DNA from: Amycolatopsis pithecellobii
GTDB taxonomy: Bacteria; Actinomycetota; Actinomycetes; Mycobacteriales; Pseudonocardiaceae
Length of the DNA stretch: 32,000 bases
Reading direction: 5' to 3'
Assembly (NCBI RefSeq): GCF_009707865.1
Contig: NZ_WMBA01000048.1
Span: 1-32,000, forward strand
Shown: positions 27,270-32,000 of the stretch, in pieces
Layout: each line of letters starts with the position of its first letter
Position numbering within the stretch: position 1 is the stretch's first letter
Program-made: the position numbers and the translations under genes
The notes under the pieces: model-generated
Database searches by the model: none
What the model was told of the DNA's origin: nothing
The model's input: the letters and a program-made list of their open reading frames with translations, nothing else

Positions 27270-28705
27270 TGGCCACCAACCTGAACATGTTCATCGCCGG
27301 CGAAGCCTGTCCATCGGCATCCGGTGCAACGGAATCTGTCGTGAACCCGGCCGACGGTGAAGTCGTCGCCACGGTTCCGCTTGGCGGCAAGGAGGACGTC
27401 GACCGGGCCGTGTCGGCCGCGGAAAATGCCTTCTGGGACTGGGCCGAGACGTCGCCGGCCGAGCGGGCGAAGGCATTGCTGACGCTCGCCGACCGGCTCG
27501 AAGCCAACGCCGACGAATTCGCGTCGCTGGAATCGACCAATGTCGGAAAGCCCTTGCACATCGCTCGCGAGGAGGTCGATTTCGCGGTCGACAACTTCCG
27601 TTTCTTCGCGGGCGCCGCCCGGGTTCTCGAGGGTAAGGCCGCCGGCGAGTACTCGCCGACCCACACCAGTTTTCTCCGGCGTGACCCGCTCGGTGTCGTC
27701 GGCAGTATCGCCGCATGGAATTTCCCGTTGGTACTGGCGACGTGGAAGATCGGGCCCGCACTGGTGACCGGCAACACACTCGTTCTCAAACCGAGTGAAC
27801 AAACCCCGCTCACCGCCCTCAAGCTGGCCGAACTCGCCGCCGACCTGTTTCCCGCGGGCGTGTTCAACGTGGTCACCGGGCACGGCGGCACCGTGGGGGA
27901 GGCGATCACGACTCATCCCCGGATCCGGATGACCTCGCTCACCGGTGACTCGGCCACGGGCAAGCGCGTCGCCGTGGCCGCCGGCGCAAACCTCAAACGC
28001 CTCGCCCTCGAACTGGGTGGCAAAGCACCGGTTCTCGTTTTCGAGGACGCAGACATCGAACTCGCGATACGCAAGATCGTCGAAGGCGGATACGGCAATT
28101 CCGGGCAGGACTGCATGGCCGCGTCCCGCGTTTACGTGGCGGCCTCCATTCACGATGACTTCGCGGCCGAGTTGGCCAAAGCCGTCGGCAACGTGGCCAT
28201 GGGCGACCCGAAACTGGCCACGACCGAGATGGGGCCCGTCATATCGGAGCAGCACCGCGACCGTGTCGCGCGATTCGTGGAACGCGCCGTGGCGGCGGGC
28301 GACGGTGAGCTCACCGTCGGTGGTCCCGCCGAGGGTCCCGGCTTCTGGTACAAGCCGTCGCTGATCGTCGATGCTCCGCAGCACTCCGAGATCGTGCAAC
28401 GAGAGGTGTTCGGACCGGTTGTCACCACCACGCCTTTCGCCGACGAAGCGCAAGCGTTCGAGTGGGCCAACGACATCGAATACGGGCTCGCCTCCTCGGT
28501 GTTCACGGCGAGCGTGTCCCGTGCCATGCGAGCGGCCCGGCGCCTGCAGTTCGGCACCGTGTGGATCAACGAGCACGCCCCGATCGTGCCGGAGATGCCC
28601 CACGGCGGCTTCAAGCAGTCCGGCTACGGCAACGACATGTCGGCGTATTCGCTCGAGGGCTACACCGAGATCAAGCACGTGATGATCAACCTTGTCGAGG
28701 GCTGA
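27269..28705 (+). CDS. NAD(P)-dependent aldehyde dehydrogenase
   Basis: ALDH motifs WNFPL, LELGGKAP, GQDCMAASR and EVFGPV. The ATG overlaps the upstream stop (TGATG); the track's TTG at 27266 is 1 codon longer. Confidence 0.88.
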   Translation: MATNLNMFIAGEACPSASGATESVVNPADGEVVATVPLGGKEDVDRAVSAAENAFWDWAETSPAERAKALLTLADRLEANADEFASLESTNVGKPLHIAREEVDFAVDNFRFFAGAARVLEGKAAGEYSPTHTSFLRRDPLGVVGSIAAWNFPLVLATWKIGPALVTGNTLVLKPSEQTPLTALKLAELAADLFPAGVFNVVTGHGGTVGEAITTHPRIRMTSLTGDSATGKRVAVAAGANLKRLALELGGKAPVLVFEDADIELAIRKIVEGGYGNSGQDCMAASRVYVAASIHDDFAAELAKAVGNVAMGDPKLATTEMGPVISEQHRDRVARFVERAVAAGDGELTVGGPAEGPGFWYKPSLIVDAPQHSEIVQREVFGPVVTTTPFADEAQAFEWANDIEYGLASSVFTASVSRAMRAARRLQFGTVWINEHAPIVPEMPHGGFKQSGYGNDMSAYSLEGYTEIKHVMINLVEG

Positions 28706-28729
28706 GGCCTTTTTCCGCCAATGTGAAGG

Positions 28730-29086
28730 ATGACGATGATGGACCATTCCGCCGGCGGTCGCACGCTCGTGGTGAATATGTTCCGGACCCGTTCCGGTGT
28801 CTCCGCGGCACAGTTCGCGGAGTTCTCGGCCAAAGTGGACCAACCGCTTTGCCTCGCGCACACCGGTGTGGTCAAACGATTCGACGCCTACGTGGTGACC
28901 GGCGCGACGGCCGAGGCGCTGGACGCGGATGTCGTCGAGTTCCTGGAGGTCAGCGACTGGGATGACTGGGTGCGGATCCGGGACAACGACCCGTCGCTGC
29001 GTCCTGTCATGTCCGGCTTCGACGAACTGGTCGATCCGGCCTCCGTGCGTTCGTCTTTCGTCACTGCGATACCGAAGGTGCACTGA
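28730..29086 (+). CDS. Small hypothetical protein, possibly EthD/Dabb-like ferredoxin-fold
   Basis: 118 aa with coding-like GC3, tightly packed between the ALDH and flavoprotein genes. The TLVVNMFRTRSGVSAAQFAEF opening resembles EthD-type proteins, but the similarity is weak. Confidence 0.5.
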   Translation: MTMMDHSAGGRTLVVNMFRTRSGVSAAQFAEFSAKVDQPLCLAHTGVVKRFDAYVVTGATAEALDADVVEFLEVSDWDDWVRIRDNDPSLRPVMSGFDELVDPASVRSSFVTAIPKVH

Positions 29087-29088
29087 TC

Positions 29089-30831
29089 ATGTCTGAAAAC
29101 GGAACCAGGGCCTACGACGCGATTGTCGTCGGTGCCGGTCACAATGGTCTGATCACGGCGAACTATCTTGCCCGGGCGGGCCGCCGTGTCCTCGTGCTCG
29201 AGGCCCGCGATGTGGTCGGTGGTGCGTGTGTCACCGAAGAACTCATCCCCGGCGCCCAGTGGTCTTCCTGCGCGTTCATCGCGGGCCTGCTCCGGCCGGA
29301 GCTCCTGCGGGACCTGGAGCTGGAGAGATACGGGCTCGAGTTGTACCAGAACGACGCACTCGAGGTCGGTATCTTCCCGGACGGCAGTCACCTGTTCCTC
29401 TGGAAGGACATGGACCGCACCCTCAAGGAGCTGGCCAAGTTCAGCGAGGCCGACGCCAAGTCGTTCCTGGATTTCGGCCTTCACGTCAAGCAGTTCGCGT
29501 CCATTATCACGCCGTTTCTCATGCGACCTCCGACCAGCCGCTCCGAGGTCATGCGCGCTTTCGAAGAGGCAGGCGCAGAGGGACTTTTCGACGAGTTCGT
29601 GCTGTCCTCGATCAAGGACCTTCTTGATCGCTACTTCGAGTCCGGCAACATCAAGGGACTGTTCACCTTCTTCGGCATGGTATCGATCTGGGGTGGCCCG
29701 TCGACCCCGGGCACGGCAGGTGTGTACGGACACCATTCGGTCGGCGAATTCAAGGGTCACCTCGGCCAATGGGGCCTGGTCAAGGGCGGGATGGGCGGCA
29801 TCACGGGAGCGATCGCGAAGTCGGCCGAGGCCCACGGCGCGGTCATCCGGGTCAGTTCGCCCGTGGCGGAGGTGCTGGTGTCACGCGGTCGCACCACCGG
29901 GGTACGGCTGCAGTCGGGCGAAATCTTCCATGCGCCCGTAGTCGTATCGAACGCCGATCCGTTGCGCTCGCTCGACCTGCTGCCCAGCGGAGCGCTGAAG
30001 CCCGCGGTCAGGAAGTCGATCGGCCAGTTCGACTACCGCGGTTCCATGGCGCGAATTCATCTGCTTATCGATGAACTTCCCGAGTACATCGGCTTTCCCC
30101 CTGGCCGCGGTCCCCAGCACGAAGCCCAGCAGATCATGAACGCCTCGGTGGAAGCGTTCGAGCTGGCGTGGGAAGCTCAACGGCGCGGTGAACTACCGGA
30201 CGAATTCGTGGTCGAAGCGATGATCCAGTCCACGACCGATCCGACTCTCGCGCCCCCCGGCAAACACACGATGACCCTTGGCGTACTGCAGATTCCCTAC
30301 GAACTCGCCGGTACCACCTGGGACGAAAAACGTGACGAGTTCGCCGACGCGGTTCTCGAGACGGTGTTCCGTTACGCGCCGAATCTCCGCGAGCATATTC
30401 TGGACCGGGTCGTGCTCACCCCGCTGGACCTGGAACGCGAATATCACCTGACCGGTGGCAACATCTTCCACGGAGCAATGTACTTCGACCAGCTCTTCGG
30501 CAACCGGCCGATTCCCGCGCTGGCCGACTACCGGACTCCGGTCGGCGGTTACTATCTCTGCGGTTCGGGTACCCACCCCGGCGGCGGTGTCATGGGCGCG
30601 AACGGGCACAACGCGGCGAAAACGGTGCTGGACGACCTTGACGGCTCCGGAACCGTCCCATCGGCGCCGGTCACGGCCAAGCTTCACCGGGGCTTGCCCG
30701 ATCGTGTCATGGGCAGCAAGTACGGTCGCGAATTGGGCTATCGGGTCGCACGCCAGCCCGCGCTCCGCCAGGTCGTCAAATTCTTCACCCGCAGTTCGCA
30801 ACTTGGCTCGAAGGCCGAGCGGCATGACTGA
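29089..30831 (+). CDS. Phytoene-desaturase-family NAD(P)/FAD-dependent oxidoreductase
   Basis: N-terminal dinucleotide fold YDAIVVGAGHNGLITANYLARAGRRVLVLEARDVVGGA and C-terminal GGYYLCGSGTHPGGGVMG. Confidence 0.85.
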   Translation: MSENGTRAYDAIVVGAGHNGLITANYLARAGRRVLVLEARDVVGGACVTEELIPGAQWSSCAFIAGLLRPELLRDLELERYGLELYQNDALEVGIFPDGSHLFLWKDMDRTLKELAKFSEADAKSFLDFGLHVKQFASIITPFLMRPPTSRSEVMRAFEEAGAEGLFDEFVLSSIKDLLDRYFESGNIKGLFTFFGMVSIWGGPSTPGTAGVYGHHSVGEFKGHLGQWGLVKGGMGGITGAIAKSAEAHGAVIRVSSPVAEVLVSRGRTTGVRLQSGEIFHAPVVVSNADPLRSLDLLPSGALKPAVRKSIGQFDYRGSMARIHLLIDELPEYIGFPPGRGPQHEAQQIMNASVEAFELAWEAQRRGELPDEFVVEAMIQSTTDPTLAPPGKHTMTLGVLQIPYELAGTTWDEKRDEFADAVLETVFRYAPNLREHILDRVVLTPLDLEREYHLTGGNIFHGAMYFDQLFGNRPIPALADYRTPVGGYYLCGSGTHPGGGVMGANGHNAAKTVLDDLDGSGTVPSAPVTAKLHRGLPDRVMGSKYGRELGYRVARQPALRQVVKFFTRSSQLGSKAERHD

Positions 30832-32000
30832 GCAATACTACGACCATTTCATCGGCGGGGATTGGCGTCCACCGGCGACAGGTGAATACTTCGACAGCTT
30901 CAACCCGGCAACGGGCCGGCCGTGGTACCGGGCCGCACGGGGCAACCACGTGGACGTCGCCGATGCCGTCGTCGCGGCGCGGAACGCCTTTTCGGACGGG
31001 ATCTGGCCCCGGCTCACCCCGACCAAACGCGGAAAGCTGCTCAGGCGCCTCGGCGACCTGATCGAGGAGAACGCCGAAGAACTGGCCCGCAAGGAGTCGC
31101 TCGACAACGGCAAGCTCCTGCGGGAAATGCTGGGCCAGGTCAAAACGCTGCCCGAGTACTATCACTACTTCGGCGGCCTGGCCGACAAGGTCAACGGTGA
31201 ACTGCTGAACACACTGGATCCGGCGATCCTCAACTACACACGCAGGGAACCGCTCGGGGTGATCGGCGCGATCACCCCCTGGAATTCGCCGTTGTTGCTG
31301 ACCACCACGAAGGTCGCGCCCGCACTCGCGGCAGGAAACACCGTGGTGGTCAAACCGTCCGAACACACCGCCGCCTCCGTGCTCGCCCTGGCGCAACTGT
31401 TCGATCAGGCGGGATTTCCACCCGGTGTCATCAACATCGTCACCGGTTACGGAACCGAGGCCGGCGCACCACTGGTCCGGAATCCGGGAGTCGCCAAGAT
31501 CGCCTTTACCGGCAGTACCGCGACCGGCCGTGCTATCGCCCGGGAAGCGGGCAGCCGGCTCGCGGGCGTGGCGCTGGAGCTGGGTGGAAAATCGCCCAAT
31601 ATCGTCTTCGCGGATGCGGACCTGGACAACGCGGCGACCGGCATCGTGGCGGGGATCTTCGCGGCCGGCGGGCAGAGCTGTATCGCGGGTTCACGAGTTT
31701 TCCTTCAGGATTCGATCTACGACGAGGTATTGGCGAAGGTGGTCGATCGCGCGAAGTCGATTCGCATCGGCGATCCGCTGGAGGCGACCACCGAACTCGG
31801 GCCCCTTGCGCTCAGGGAACAGGTCGAGAAGGTCGAACGCTACGTCGAACTGGGCCTGCGGGAGGGTGGCGATCTCCTGCTGGGGGGTGCCCGGCCCGTC
31901 GGACAGGGCGACGGGTGGTTCTATCAGCCGACGATTTTCACCGGGGTCGAGAATACGCACACCATTTGCCAGGAGGAAATCTTCGGTCCGGTGATGGCGG
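30824..32000 (+). CDS. Second aldehyde dehydrogenase (partial; runs off the right edge, so it is not in the ORF track)
   Basis: The ATG at 30824 overlaps the upstream stop (ATGACTGA). Translation: MTEQYYDHFIGGDWRPP...ITPWNSPL...LELGGKSPNIVF...AAGGQSCIAGSR...EEIFGPVMA. Confidence 0.85.
   Translation, partial: MTEQYYDHFIGGDWRPPATGEYFDSFNPATGRPWYRAARGNHVDVADAVVAARNAFSDGIWPRLTPTKRGKLLRRLGDLIEENAEELARKESLDNGKLLREMLGQVKTLPEYYHYFGGLADKVNGELLNTLDPAILNYTRREPLGVIGAITPWNSPLLLTTTKVAPALAAGNTVVVKPSEHTAASVLALAQLFDQAGFPPGVINIVTGYGTEAGAPLVRNPGVAKIAFTGSTATGRAIAREAGSRLAGVALELGGKSPNIVFADADLDNAATGIVAGIFAAGGQSCIAGSRVFLQDSIYDEVLAKVVDRAKSIRIGDPLEATTELGPLALREQVEKVERYVELGLREGGDLLLGGARPVGQGDGWFYQPTIFTGVENTHTICQEEIFGPVMA

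Noticed and set aside
27218-29083. 621-aa minus-strand ORF (also 27160-27909 and 28888-29835 on the minus strand)
   Set aside because: These are antisense to well-supported ALDH, EthD-like and flavoprotein genes. Their composition is dominated by R/G/P/H/V with no motifs. They are the typical shadow ORFs of high-GC DNA.

Overview
High-GC (about 65%) actinobacterial-type DNA; I cannot verify the taxon from the sequence. The window has three parts. (1) 1-1.8 kb holds two small hypothetical genes, a possible transposase start at the left edge, and a truncated tRNA-Ala(GGC) 3' fragment that looks like an integration (att) scar. (2) 1.8-15.3 kb is a minus-strand, translationally coupled BREX-like defence operon: PglX methyltransferase -> PglZ phosphatase -> BrxD-like P-loop ATPase -> Lhr-like helicase fused to a DEDDy 3'-5' exonuclease. 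No BrxC/PglY, PglW or BrxA/B/L gene is present in the window. The pglX gene is split near codon 110 by two abutting IS elements, one IS701-family and one IS5/IS427-like. Removing them in silico restores one open frame of about 1420 codons. pglX also contains a sharply bounded 1-kb low-GC block just after its NPPY motif. A small LuxR/GerE regulator is divergent from pglX. (3) 15.7-32 kb holds an FAH-family hydrolase, an IS110-family element, a VOC/glyoxalase gene, and a probable amino-alcohol/amine catabolic cluster. That cluster contains a class-III (AGXT2L-like) PLP enzyme, ROK and PucR regulators, an APC permease and a 972-aa kinase / degenerate-M23 / class-III PLP fusion. In the fusion the Schiff-base lysine position reads Glu. 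The cluster continues with two aldehyde dehydrogenases, an EthD-like small protein and a phytoene-desaturase-family flavoprotein. Many long ORFs in the track are antisense shadows typical of high-GC DNA and were rejected. All homology statements come from motif recognition by eye, not from database searches.
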